From positions 53,973 to 117,972 of the forward strand of contig CALSCP010000408.1 of NCBI GenBank assembly GCA_943704425.1: a DNA stretch of 64,000 nt, read 5' to 3'. This DNA comes from Ministeria vibrans ATCC 50519 (lineage: Eukaryota; Protista; Filasterea). The notes below the pieces were generated by a model. The model saw only the letters and a program-made list of their open reading frames with translations. It was not told the origin of the DNA and did not search any database. Of this stretch, positions 11,723-25,400 are shown in pieces (the stretch's first letter is position 1; every line of letters begins with the position of its first letter). A program made the translations under genes and the position numbers.

Positions 11723-12099
11723 TCTGGTTTTGTTTCTCTCGCTCGTTTTTGGCTTTTTGATTTTGTTTTTGTGTGTGTGTCCGCATTTTCTTTTTTCGTT
11801 TTTGTATTGTAACGGTAATACAAATGATGAAGTAACAAAAGTATACGTTATAATCATAAAGATAATAATAATTTTAATAAACGAGACCGTCGCGTTTTGG
11901 CAATCAATGATACCAAGTGCGCACTGTATGTGTTCCAATTAAAAGCAATGGGTATTTCGAGTCACTTAATTCCATACAATCACCACACCAACTTAAAACC
12001 CATAAAGCAAGTGTGTTTACAAACTCAAAGTTATTATGTCTGCGGTACATTTCTCTCTCTCTCTCCCTATCTCAATCTCAAGTAGAAACGTCCCCGTCT

Positions 12100-12126
12100 T
12101 CATCCACCACGAGGTGTCTGCGGTAC

Positions 12127-12180
<54 letters not shown>

Positions 12181-13956
12181 NNNNNNNNCAAACCGAGACC
12201 CGCGCTCCCGAGTACCCCCACCAGATACGCGCTCTAGGATATTTTGCTGATTTCGAGCCCCAACGCTGAGTGTGCGGCCAGAAGGAGTCATGAGCAGTTT
12301 TTGATGAGAGGTCGGAATGGCGCCTTCGTGAACACCGTCACGTAGGAGCACCGAGACGGCACTGAGCTTCTCACTCACGGGCATGTGGTTGGTACACAGC
12401 GTGTCCATCACACCATGGAGCAGGATAAGCTGTCGGTCACTCTCCGACAGTGCATCAGCGCCGCGCGCAGGCACCCCCGGAAGGGCAAGCTGGTACTCAG
12501 CACGTGCGACCCCGATTGTCTCCTCCTCCTCCCCCTCGTCGCCGTCTTGCACGCCCGTCTGTGTCTTCGTAAAGGCACTCTCTTCCATCTGTCGCAACTT
12601 AAGCTTCTCCGCGGCCAAGAGTTTGTGGATGGGTTCGTTCTTGTTCGTCATCGTCGCCATCCACTTCTCCATCGAGAGCGGATAGTAGCCGAGGAACGCC
12701 GCTGCGTCAACCACTCGCGTCGGGCGCTCCACCATCATGTGTCGCCACACCGTCACACCAAGGACGACCATCTCCTGCACGGAGATGACTGGGTCATGTC
12801 CTCGCAGTCGTTTGTGAGCGTCCGCCACCAACTCGTCCTCGTATCGCTTTGGGTTCGCAAGCCAGAACTTCTGCTGCTTACGGTGCTCGCGTGAAATGTT
12901 CTCCAGCTCGTAGTTGGCACCAAGCTGTGCCTCGGTGAAGCAAAGCACGGATCGAAGGTTCAGCATGGCAACCTTGACACGGTGCTTGAAGCCACCGAAG
13001 AGAGCCACGTCGTGAATTTGTACGAGACCTGTCACGCCGCCGCCGAGGGTAACACACGACGTTTGGAACGTTCCAAACGCTGTGTCGAGCTGCGCGTTAG
13101 ACTCGTGGGCGGGGGCGTTGTCGTGCACATATAGGAACGCGTCCGCGGTCGAGTTCGCCAGCTTGCGGCGGGCGCGACGCAGAGCAAAGTCGACGAACAG
13201 GTGGTAGTCGTCGGTGCAGAACTTGCCTGTCTCGTTGCCAATGATGAGTACGTCCTCTCCATCGAAGTCAATGCAGACATGGTCGCCTTCGCAATGCGTG
13301 AACTGCCTCGTGAAGTCTTTGGCAACCCACATACGCCGCTTAAACACATATGCATGGCAAATAGTCACGCCCGCCAGGCTGACCACAGACACATAGGTAC
13401 ACGACGGGAGCGCCCCCTTCTCAATGCCCGGGAGCGTGATGCGCCGCCCCGACGACCGTCGCACAATGACCGAGGGCTCGCCACCACCTGCGTTTGCAGT
13501 CTCCATCGCAAGACTAGTCTCATCCACGACGAGAACGCGCTCGGGACCGAAGGTAGGGTCGTCGGCGACGTGTCGGTCGAACATCGTTTTGTAGTCATCA
13601 AAGGAGGACGCGAGTCTGTCGACTCCTGGGCCGTCCCTGTTCTTCTTTTTCACCTTCGCTGAGCGAACGGCAAAGCCATTGGAGCGTAGATACCGCAGAG
13701 CAGTGCGATGAGCGCGCTCGGACACCTTGGCAGTGTCGGTGAGCAGGGCAAGGACAATGTCGAGTTCGACGGGTCGCAAAGGCCAACCACTGGCCGCGCG
13801 AACGTCCACGTAGTCGGCAAGAGCGTGGAGCACGTCAGTAGGCAAAAGAGCTGGTCGTCCTTTCTTGACACTGCGTGTGAACCCCTTCCTGAGGCGGTAT
13901 TGTTGCAGTTGGGCCGGAGTTCGGCTGTTGTTTTTTTTGCGACCGTTGCGTTGCAT
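12100..13956 (-). mobile_element. pogo/Tigger-like transposase (CENP-B-type HTH plus DDE_1 domain, DD36D); C-terminus broken by an N gap and (GA)n; TIRs not found
   Basis: GRPALL..., RVLVVDETS, VHDNAPAH, TGLVQIHDVALFGGFK; 36 residues lie between the second and third Asp. Confidence 0.78.
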
Positions 13957-14372
13957 GTCGTCTTCGTCGTCTCTCTCGTTCTCACTTCCAGCATCACTCT
14001 AAACGAAAGCGCGCGATACAGTAGTATTGTAAACATTCAAACACCTCTTTCCCGTCGCGAGAAACCAATGCAACCACCGGCATACAGAAGTGAGAAAAAG
14101 GAGCGGGGGTTTCAACGGGTTTTCGTCGAAATTGTCTCAGTGAGCCCCGCTTCGCCATAAAAACCTCTCTTCCGTACAATCATCCCATGGGTACTGCTCC
14201 GGGGAAGACCGACAGAGAAAGGAAAAAGTCTAACTAAAGTGGTGCGCTCTGTGGCGATTTATTCATTGGATTGTTCACATTTTGTACAGTGTTCACATTT
14301 CGTACAGGACCTTCGTACGAAGTAAAGAGTGACTAAAGATCCACTAAAGAGTAAAGACTCAATTTTTTTATC

Positions 14373-16461
14373 ATGTTCATATTGACGCTTCTGCTCCTCG
14401 CAGTATCGAGCTCAATGGCCCTTCCGGCCCTTCCGGGCGGCTCCCTCTTGGAAGTTAGCCCAGAAATCGGCCTTGGGTTTTGCAATGCCCAACTGCTTGT
14501 AAACGAAACGTTCGCCACGCTCGAGCCGACCTCGTCGAATTGGGAGATTACTTTTGCCGGATTTGAAGTCAGGTCCAACACTGCTCAGGTACGTGGAGAT
14601 TCGCAGCTTCGTCGCACCGTGCACGCCATAATCCTAATCCAAAACAAATAAGAAGAATAATAATAATTATTTTTACGAAAAAAAATAAAAAAAACTCCAA
14701 AAAACACTGTTCGAAAAATGGAACACAGTGAATCGCCCAACGTGACGTGACGTGTCCAACATGCCGATGACTTGGTGGACGGTGGTATAACTGTATCCTG
14801 GGCGTTGTGTGCCTTCTGTGTGGCACACCCTAACCCCACCCTTTTTCGAAGATTTTTCGAACTTTTTTCCTTCTTGCCCTTGTGCTCTTTTAAGAATATT
14901 TTAGGGGCTCTATTTTGGTTTATTGCTCATTGATTCATTTATGTGGCGATTGGCAACGTCATTGTGTCTTTTTTGATGTCCTTCAACGATTTTTTCGGGG
15001 ATTTTCGTTTTTTTTTCAACTTTCAATTAGTTGTTTTTTTTCTTCAATTTTTCCTCGAAACTTAAAATGTCATGCACTATAGTGTCGCTTCTCCATTACA
15101 CGACTCACCAATCATCAATCGGCTCTTTCCTTCTTATGTAGGTGAAGGCCGAGTTCGCGACCGACGCCGAGTTGGATTTTCCCATTGAGGATCTTGCCAG
15201 CGACCAAACGCCTCTTGGTGGTGCGGGCTCCAAGCTGACGCTACGCACGTCGTGGCATCATGGCGCTCACCGTGCTATCCGCCTGTCGTTCACGACAAGC
15301 GGCTCGGGCGGTATGCTCTCGGTGCAGCTCACATCCGACGTTGATCCGGTTCCGTTTGTTGTCGAGGCGTCGTCGGCTGCAACGACCCTCTCCGTCTCGC
15401 TCAATGTTCCTACCGGCTCACCGGGTATCATTGTAATCTGGACCGCGAGCACACCCGACCTCGGTAAGAACATTCGGCCAAAATATTTTTCACACAACTT
15501 TGCTCTCGCAACACAGCTCTGAACCTTGACAATCCCGTCGTTGACTGGGCGATTCACTCTTTGGATATGGTCTCTCTGTGCGAGCGTGTGACGGATGTCA
15601 CCAAAGGCGGGTGCGTGTTGTCCCAATGCAGGAACGGTGCGAAGTGCGGCCTGCGTCTCGGTTCCGAAAGCTATTCCTGCGTCTGTGCTCCCGGCTTCTC
15701 CGGTGTCCACTGCGAGTTGTCACGGGAAGTGTCTCTATCGCGTGTGCAGCGCGCCAAGTGCTTCGATTACGATAAAACGGATTCCGGTTGGAGTGATAAA
15801 AAAACACCTGAAAAAAACTGGCGCTGTGCTCCATGCGACACTGGTCACTACTGCCAGGGCGGTTCTAAAAAACGCGTATGATTGCCTTTTTTTTTTTTTG
15901 GTGTGTGTAAGTGTTTTGTTTCTCATAACATGCTTTTTTCTCTTTCAGATGGTCGCCTGTGAAACAGGCAAGTACCAAGACCAGACAGGCCAGACGTCCT
16001 GTAAGAACTGTCCGAAAGGTCGCTATACCTCATCCCTTGCTCAGACGGGGTGCATTGGCTGCCTTTACGGTTTCTACCAAGACTTCACTGGTTCCTCTTC
16101 TTGCCTGGGGTGCCCGGAAGGTAAATAAACAGTGTCAATGAACACACTTCAACACTTCATCATGCTTCATATCGCCGATGATCGAAGTGACTAATAATTT
16201 ATTATTATTATTATACTAATTACATGTTTTATTCGCCGCCCTCCCAAGGTAGGTTTGCCTCTGGCGAAAGCTCCACGACGTGCAAAGACTGTGATCCCGG
16301 CAAGTACGCCTCGTCTGTCGGCTCCAATGCCTGCATTGATTGCTCTCCCGGCTACTACTCCTCCTCAGGCGCGAAGTCATGCACGAATGTCGGGAACGAA
16401 TGTCCAGCTGGGTCGTTTTGCCTTGGATATGGCCACGTTAGTCTCTCATTCCTCACTTGTT

Positions 16462-16535
<74 letters not shown>

Positions 16536-16803
16536 ATGCTTTTCCCGTAGACAATATCCTCTTGCCCAGAGGGAAAGTACTCTAACCAGAAGGTTCAGAG
16601 TTCATGCACGCCATGTGATGCCGGAAAGTATCAAGAGAAAACGGGCTCAACAATATGTTCTAACTGTGATTCTGGTACAGTATTTTCTGCTCTTTTTACA
16701 CACACATGGCTGACACATTACACAAGGCTTTCACACCAGTAAGGGACAGGCTAAATGTAGCAAGGAATGTAATACGGGCTATTACTGCGAAGGGGCTGGA
16801 AAG
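14373..16803 (+). CDS. Secreted/surface Cys-rich protein (signal peptide, EGF-like domain, ephrin-receptor-like/GCC2_GCC3 repeats); 3' truncated
   Basis: MFILTLLLLAVSSSMALP signal peptide; CRNGAKC...YSCVCAPGFSGVHCE EGF; repeated C.(P/T)GKYQ...GQTSCK.C units over several in-frame exons; the last exon ends at a donor (16803|GTAAAC) with no continuation. Confidence 0.8.
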
Positions 16804-16872
16804 GTAAACAGTGAATTGAACTTAAACTCGACTTAAACTTCACTTAAACTCCACTTAAACCCCACTCACTTG

Positions 16873-16887
16873 TTCTCTCTCTCTGTG

Positions 16888-16984
<97 letters not shown>
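16873..16984. repeat. (CT)n microsatellite at the junction of two truncated genes
   Basis: Direct inspection. Confidence 0.95.
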
Positions 16985-16986
<2 letters not shown>

Positions 16987-16999
16987 CGTTGTCGTTCAC

Positions 17000-17704
17000 C
17001 ATTTTGTAGCATGGAATGTGGGTGTGTGAATGACAAACTCCTGTGCCGCCGAATCATAGGTTGCGGTCGTTTCCATGCCGTTCGCATTCGTCCCATGCGA
17101 TAGCTCAGTCTATAAAGACAAAGCCCGTGTCAAGACTGTGCGAGCACAACGCCCCGCCCGCCCGCCCGTGCGCGTACCAGCCCAAAGCAGCCCACCACTT
17201 CAAGTGTTTTGATCTTGGGCAGGAGAAAGCGATGGCGCTCGCTCCCGAGGTTCGCAACGCAGTTGGCGAACATGCCACGGGTGAGGCCGAGCTTGGGGGC
17301 CAGCCCCATGTCGAAGGTGGCAATGCACGCGGCGTACACAAAGGCAGAGGCGGGATCGCGCGCGGCGTCCTCCTCGCTGAGAAAGTCGTACTCGACGAGA
17401 CGGCGCATCTGGCGCATTGTGAGCTCACGCGCATCCTCGCGGCTGAGCTCCAGCTCGCAGTCGTGGTGGCGGAAGAGCGGGTCCTGGGCCAGCGTCGCAA
17501 AGACGCGTCGCTTCAGCGGGCCGTGGCGTCCGTCCACAAAGGAACGCATCGCCGACACCGCAAAGGTTGCCGTTGCGCGCGCACCGCACAGCGGACCCCG
17601 CCCGACGTGCTCCTGCCCAAACCAACCGAGTAAGACCAAACATCATCCACATCACCTCTGCTGCGCTGTACCGTCAGGCGTTGGATGCGCTCTTTCGCCG
17701 ACAT
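17000..17704 (-). CDS. Peroxisomal acyl-CoA oxidase, N-terminal part only (3 exons), with PTS2-like signal
   Basis: LGSERH...GCFGL|[19 protein letters not shown]...EFVIHTP...ATKW is the ACOX signature; spliced N-terminus [11 protein letters not shown]|EHVG. Confidence 0.85.
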
Positions 17705-17921
17705 GTTGAGAATGAATGCGAATAAACAATGCAAGTGAGTGCGTCGGATGAAAACCTCTCAAGAGGCTTTGCTTATAATTTCAATGGGAAGGGGGGAGGA
17801 GAAATCGTATGGGGATTGTATGCTAGCAAAGACTAACGCAAGCAAATATAATAATTCATTTTGAAACCTCTTTTTTTGTACGATGATTCAGATTTCCAAT
17901 TTAGTCACTGAATACTTTTAT

Positions 17922-19181
17922 ATGATTCGCCTCACTCGCCAGTCGCCCCTCCTTGCGGGCTTCTTCCGAACGCGGCCGCTGTTGGAGGACATCCTGTATG
18001 TGCAGCCGGCGCACATGGACGAGGCGCTTGTGACGCTGGCGAACTCAATGAGAGAGGAGTGCGAGAAGGCAGACGGCGCATACACGCCGATCGTCGGGAT
18101 CGACTGCGAGTGGTGCTCGGGGTACGTGCCGTCGCAGAAGCGCGCCGAGATGAAGAAGCAGGGCGTGAGGATAGGCCGGGCGCGCTTCCTCGACACGATC
18201 CAGGTGGCGTCCGCCAAGAAGGTCGTCGTCATGCAGTTTCCGTCCTTCGAGGTGCTCCCCACGACGCTGCTGAGCCTCCTGCGCGACCCCTCCATCATCA
18301 AGTGCGGCGTTGAGGTTGCCGACGATGTCTCCAAGATGTCTCAGATGCTGCACGTCGACGTGGCCTCCTGGCTCTGCCTCGGACGCCTCTCGACCGCCAA
18401 CCGACCGTACGCAAACCAGCCGGGCCTCAAGCGCCTCGCCAACGACTGGGCCTCCTACGACATGACCATGAAGAGAAAAGACATCACCTTGAGCGACTGG
18501 GCACAGGTTCACACAGACACTCCGGACAGCACAAGTGCACTAACCGACTCCCCTTCCTTCTCCCGTTTCCCTCGCTAGAAATTGACATACGAGCAAGTAC
18601 TGTACGCCGCTGACGACGCATACGCCGGCTTTCTTGTTGCAGACGCCATCAAGCGCGAGCTGGGCCTCGAAGTGATCCGCAAAGCCATTGCCTCCGGCGG
18701 GTTTGCCACTGCCTCAAACAACACCAGCATCATCCAACTCGCGCCCACCTCCCGCGACGTCACCAAACTCTTTGGAGTCACAGACAAAGTACTGCGTGAG
18801 AGCCCCAAAAAGCCCTTCTCCGTCAAATGGTACGTGTTTAAAGGAGATCTCAAGTGCCAAGTGTAACCCTGCCCCTACAACAAAGTCTGACCTATCCCTC
18901 ATGACATGTGTTCCCCTCTCACCCGAATGCTAATCCTAACCCCCCCCCCACTCTAATACCAAGTGTAACCCGACCTCTATTGACCTTTATTGCCCCTACT
19001 GATGACACATTGTTTGTGCTTCAGGTGCACTGATGGCTCACTGTATGTCCTCTTCAAGCGCAATTCCGAGTACAGTCTCAGCCAAGCATCTACGTTTGCC
19101 CAGACCCTTGAGTGCACGGGTCTGTGGGTCTCCAGCACTCCTGATTCATCATTGTCCAAACCAACCACTGTATCAAAATAG
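17922..19181 (+). CDS. DEDDy 3'-5' exonuclease (WRN-exo/EXD2-like), 3 exons
   Basis: ExoI VGIDCEW; IQVAS; LLRDPSIIKCGVEVADD; GLKRLA; ExoIII SDWAQ|KLTYEQVLYAADDA. Confidence 0.85.
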
Positions 19182-19426
19182 TCATTGCAGCAATAAAAGT
19201 AATAAAAAAAAACTGAATCATAAATTGCAAAACCAAAGTCTGTACTTAATTCCCTCAAACTTGAACAACAAATTAATTATAATAATAATGGGATGAATTT
19301 TTATTCTCATCCTTTCCCTCTTTCTCTTTAATACCGTGTCATTCTTTAAAAGGTACAACAGTCAAATGGTGAAATCCAAACACACACACACACACACACA
19401 CACTCACTCACTCACTCACTCACTCA

Positions 19427-19459
<33 letters not shown>

Positions 19460-22400
19460 CTATTGAATGTCGGCCAACGAAACAAACCGCCCCACCGCCG
19501 TTGAGTCAGTCATGAGCCGCGCGTGACGCATTTCAATCAGATTGCGAAGCCACTTCTGCCGATGGTCCTCTTCAAACTCGGCCGCGTCGCCGCAACCCAA
19601 CACCCCAAGTGCGTCCTTCAAAAGCCCCTGCACCTCCGCCGCACTCGCCTCTTCCTCACCCTCCAGCTGAAGTGATCCCGCAAAAAGATGACACCTGTTC
19701 ACCAGTGTGCGCATTTCAGACCCGTTGCCAGCCGCGCGTCGTGCCACCTTGCTGCCATACGGCACAACCAGCGCGCGTTCCATACACACACTGCGCTGGT
19801 TGCCATGGACGCGCGCCACTAGTGAATGGAGTGTCAGGCAGCAATCGGCGGGACACTTGCGCAACCCCTGCACGAGCGTGTCCGCCTCGTGTGCCGCCAC
19901 AAAGACAACCCGCACAACGCTTGCGCGCACCAAATCCCACTCCATCAGCACATGCGCCGGCGTGCGCAAGTACTCATCGAGCTGAATAATATCAGACATC
20001 GTGACTCGACCGAATTCATGCGACCAAAACCACTCGGTGGGAAACACAACGCACTGTTGAATAGAAGTGCGCAGCAGTGCCCCATCTCGCTGCGACGTAC
20101 ACTCGTGCATACAAAAGGCGTGGAGCGCAAGTCTGTCTCCCGTGGCAATCTGTTCAAGCAGTTTACTGCGCGTCGGTAAGCGCGCTTCCACAGGCGCACC
20201 CACCTCCGTCTGGTGCTCCTCCTCTTCCTCCCGCTGCAACTCCCGCTCCTGCTGCTCGTCCAATTCACGCCCCAGCACAGTGAAGTCTTCGGGCAGTTGC
20301 GCCAACGCATGCTCCTTTTGCCTCTTGAGAATCGCCTGAAACAACTGCTGCACAGCAGATTCTTCATCACCGTCGCTCACGCGCATCCTCTGACACTTTG
20401 CCTCAATCACCGATCGTCCATTGAGTCGCTGCAGTCCATTCGCATACATGCTCTCCAGATCCGTCACCTCGTCCGACGTGCCCGCCTTCCCCGCAAGCGA
20501 ACGGTACTCGTGCGTCAACTGTCCACAGCGCACCACTGCGTGTCGTCGCGCAAAGTCAAACGAGAGCGTCGCCCACAACGACATTTGCGCACAACACTCA
20601 CTCGCCGCATTGCACAGCGTCCAACTCAGCACATCGCGACTTGTCAAGCGCAGCGCATCACCACCAGGCGATGGGCACTTGAGTTGCTCGCGGTGCTTCA
20701 TCACAAGCACTTCAACCTCGTACGCAAGCAGCAACGTTACCGAGTGGCCGGCGCCCAGCAGCCGCATCCGCATTGCCGCTTGCACCAGCTTGTCCTTGTG
20801 CATGCGCGGACCCACCGTCACCACCGCGTGCGTGCCTTCGCACAGCTTAAAGTCCACCCCGCGTGTGTGATGGTCGTCCAGATACACTCCACAGCGGCCA
20901 TTGCGCAGTGCCTCCTGCAGCGGTGAGTACCGCAGCTCGACAATCGTCCCATTGCGATCCACAATCATGCGTTCGTCCACATCGCTGTAGAACACCACTC
21001 CTTCGATGGTCGACGCACGCGTAGCCCGCTTCTCCATCTCTATCCAGGCACGCGCTACCTCCTGCGCACTCAGATCGCTCATGAGCGCTCCCCCGTCAAT
21101 GAGCACGCTTGCCCGTTGCGGTTCAAGCGCCAGCATGCGCTTCAGGATCTCTCGACTGACGCTCTCTCCGTCAAAGGACGCCGCCAGCGAGATTACAGGC
21201 GCCTGCAGCAGATGATGGACCACGAGTGCATTGGTGTGCTGCAATTCGCTCAGGTCTTTTTGTTGAAACTGCACGGGGAAGAGCAGTTGAGCGTCGTTGG
21301 TACCGCTGAAGCCACGCACGGGAAAGCGACGCCCGTGTCGTGCCAGCGACGACCCGTCGTCCGCTTGCACGTCGCTAACGTCGACGTCTCCAGCAAGATC
21401 ACTTGCCGACGCACACATCTTGAGCGGGAACTGCTTGGTCTCGTCGGCAAGTACACAGTGGTGGAGCCAGTAGTCGATAAGAGGCATGCACTTTCGAAAG
21501 TGCTTGCACAGTGCCAGACGCTGCGTCGCATCCTGCAAGTTGATGCCCGATGCACTCGTGGGCACATCTTCGTTCACGGCCGTCAAACTGTCGTACCAGC
21601 TCTTGTAGATGCGCTCCGAGTGGTCCTTGTCAAACACCGTGAGCACCTGGAGCGCCTGCACAACTCCGTCGTAGTCGAGCCCCCGCTCGTAGTACGCAAT
21701 GTGAGTGCCCACTAAAGCCACGTCCGGATGGCCATACTCGGAGCGCAAAGACGGAATGCCCATCGACACAAAGGGAACGGCAATCTTGCGTCGTCGCTCC
21801 ATCTTATTCTGCTGGGCAAATCGCACATCAATGACCCCATAGTCAACATTGCTTCTCTTTCCAAGCACATGCCCGAGCACTCCAAAGGCCAGCAGACCAC
21901 GCAGTGTGAGCACATCAAACTGCCGTGTCATGGGAAGTCCCAACTGCGACAGTGCTTCCACATCATCAGAATCGGTTGCTTCCGGCGATTCGTCTCGTGC
22001 GGGACGCAACACACGACGCAGCAGCGCACGCTTGTCATCGTCCAAATCGGCAATCCAGATAATGTCGTGATTGGCCACAACCTCACTGGCAAAAAGTCTC
22101 TCAATGATGCGCCCACAAAAGTCGGCGTACACCTCGAGACTGTCATCGATGAGTCGCACCGAGTGCCATTCCCCATTAAACCCGGTCGTGCTGCTCTGAG
22201 GTGTGTTGTCCCTCGCCCCTTCAAGGTGAACACGCTCCGGCCCGTACGTTGCGGCAAAGTCAGGCGCACACCACTGCAGTGCATGCATCACCGCCTGTAC
22301 CATCTTCCAGCGACGGTTTCCACCATTCAGCGCAGTCTGATTCCCCATGGTGTACAGCAGTTGCGTCTTCACGCCATTAAGCACTTGGTCACACTCGTCA

Positions 22401-25400
22401 ACAATGTCCCACACGTGTGCATCAACAAACTCCATTACCTCGAGGAGGGCAGTTTCGGATCGATGTTGGTCACTCTTGCACGGCTCTGCCGCACTCATGA
22501 ATTCGCACAACTTGAGACGGAGGGACAGCGTGTGTTCCCACTGCGCCATCACTACTCCGCCGCCAGAGAGCTGACACTCGCGCAGCTGCTCAAGTATCTT
22601 CAAGATGGTCTTCAGATTCAGCTCGATGGTGCGGTGACAAGGAAAGGTGAAGAGCCGGCGCGCCACCAACCCAGTAAGACGCGACGCCAAATCGTCAAAA
22701 TTGGTGCGAAAGAGCGCCCGGAGAATGGTCACACGCGGCACGCACTCGGAGTTGGCCGAGAGCGCCAGGCACACCATGGGAGTCACAACGGAGGTCTTGC
22801 CCTCGCCCATATTCTGCTGCACCGCCTCGTTGCGACCGTGTTCCGTGTCCAGCTGCCGCTTTGCCACTAGTACCTGGTTGCGGCGAATCACAAGTGACTG
22901 TTGCACCTCAAAGAGCAGCCAAGAGGGATAATCGCGAACGCTCCATTCCTGCGAGCGACGGTGTTCCATCACATCGTCGCACTTTTGATCCGACGTCATC
23001 GACGAGCCAAGCAGACGCCGTGCCTTTTGCTGGTACGACATAAACACGCACACAGCGGCAGCGTGTTCAAAGAGTGGCAACGAGTGCTGTGCGTTGTTGT
23101 CGTCCAGAACAAATGGAAGCACCGTCTCAGGCACGAGCGGCGGATACAATCCGGACGCAGCCGCTCCCTTGTTTTGAACACCCTTCAACGACGACACAAG
23201 CACGCCCCAATGCTCACGGCAAAGTTTTCGTGCCATATGCCACACTTTGTGGAGCAGCGCTGCTGTTTGCTCGTCCGTCTGCCACACGCGTCGTTTGGGC
23301 AACGCATCCTTCTGTAGTGCCGCGTTGCTCTCGTCGAGAAGTTTCAGCAAGCGCTGTGTGGCCGGTTCGTCACCGCCGTAGAGCAGTTCACCGTCCGGGT
23401 GAGCTTGGAAGTCCTTGACAACGCCTACTTGACGGACACACCTAGAAAAGGCTTCCTCAAACTCCTCCCACACCCCGGTCGAGACAATGGTCTCGGCACG
23501 TGAACTGATTTCACTCCACACGCTCAGCGGCGCAATGAGTTGCGTCTCGAAGTCGATAGGAACTGATGTGTTGCTGCTGCTAAACGGCACACGCTTGATT
23601 GTGCTGAAAGCGGGCGCAGCAGACGTAGAGGAGACCAGCTGGAGCACACGTTTCACCCAACGGTCAAATAGGCGGCGATTGCGTTGATTTCTCCACAGAG
23701 TGTCCAATGCTTCGATCTCGTTGTGAGCACCACGTGGAAGGTTGTAAACGACGGGCTTGGACTTGGAATTCCAAGTGGGCTTGCGCCAGTCAGAGTTGGA
23801 AAATGCACTCCTTAGGCTCTCTTCGCGCGCCAGTTGTCGCTCACTCCGAGCGAGCGTGTAAGTCGGGATTTCGGCCGCCTTCCACGCTGGTTGCTGTTGA
23901 ACAATATACACTGCCGAATTCATGATATCGCAAGCGGACAGTTTCGCCTGAATCTCATCCGGCCACGAATTGAAGGACGGTGAAACGGCAGGTTTGTACG
24001 ACAGGCAGAGAACGCCCAACGCAACGTCCGAGTTTATGTCATCAAGCGCCACAAGATAACACAGCACATGCACAAATGTGCGACGATTGTCGTCGTTGAT
24101 GTCCTCGAGCGCAAAGCGCATTAGCGATGCAACAGATATGTCCTGCTTTTCCCACGTCTCCATTTTCGTATTCAGCATGCGACAGAGTGACGACTTGTCG
24201 GTACAGCTTTGCGTGATGTTGGATTTGGTCTGTATTTTCTCGCGCGCTGCAATCCGCATCCGCTCCACAGTGCTACGCGGCTCCACAAACGCAGCAGTGG
24301 CCAGCGAGGCAAGTCCTCTACGCGACAGGTCAGGACCCAACTTCCCTTTGCAACGTGCGATGGTTTTTTCAGCCAGTCGACTCTCCTCGTCGTGTGTGAG
24401 ACGAGCCGATGACGGATAGAAGGAATGCCAGCGCCAGTAGGAGCGCGTGGCAAAGTCGAGACGACGAGCGCCTCTGGGGTGCTCCTTCACACGCTCAGAA
24501 TCAATACCACCGCTGCCGTCATCGTGGTGAAGAGCACAGAGCTGAAGAGACTCTTCGATCATGAGATAGACACGCAGGAAAAGCGCATCACTGGCACTCA
24601 GTGAATCAAGGCGTTTCCGCCAGGTGGTCGTTTCGTACTTTTTGGAGAAGTTGACGTGAGGGACACGCTTCGGCGAGAGAAGTGCAATGACACTGAGACT
24701 CCCGAGCTTCTCGCAGTCGTAGGGAACGTTGGAACGCGACTGATCAAGCCAAGCGAGGGCGCACTCAAGGCCTGTACGACCAGTGAAAGGGTCGCGAAGA
24801 GTGCGCGACGACAGGGCATGAAGGTAGGCCAGGTGAAGACGATGAAGAAGAGAGGGAGCGTCAAGGCGCTGCAGCTCGTCGTTAACAGAGTAGTCGAGTA
24901 CGCGCACGCTATCCTTGGTGGTGGTTGATTCGGCAAACACAACGTGAAGATCAGAGTCAGTGCTCGCTGACCACTGGAGCTGGTAGGGTGTGAGGACGAG
25001 GCGGCGACGAGAGGCGAGCTCATTCGGTGATTGCTCAAGTACGAGCACGTTGTGTATGCCGAGGAGAGTGCCAATGGACTGCTGAGGTGCCACGGCAAAG
25101 TTGGCATACTGCAACGAGCGAATGGTGGCGTTCGCAAGGCACACGGTGAAGGAGAGACTGACACGCGGAAGAATCACGTTTAAAAGTCCGTTGTACGGCA
25201 GGAGCACGTGAACAAAGTCGGACGACTCAATGCGACCAAACACCGTGTTGTGCAGTCGCTGAAAAAGGGTGGATTGACGTGACACAATGAACTGGCCTGC
25301 ATCGCAGTTGTCAGCTCGCAACGTAGTGCGCAGTGTCAAGACCGATTCATTCAGAGCGCCAGTGTAGCAAGGTGATGCAAACGAGTCGTCGGCCATGTCG

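Noticed and set aside
10640-11938. 432-aa minus-strand ORF and similar long antisense ORFs (e.g. 21728-22870, 62778-63929)
   Set aside because: Shadows of GC-rich coding sequence on the opposite strand, with no motifs of their own.
16818-16866. 11-bp tandem repeat ACTTAAACNNN
   Set aside because: Short intronic minisatellite with no further evidence of function.
18860-18985. Telomere-like TAACCC motifs
   Set aside because: Few, degenerate, non-tandem and inside an exonuclease intron.
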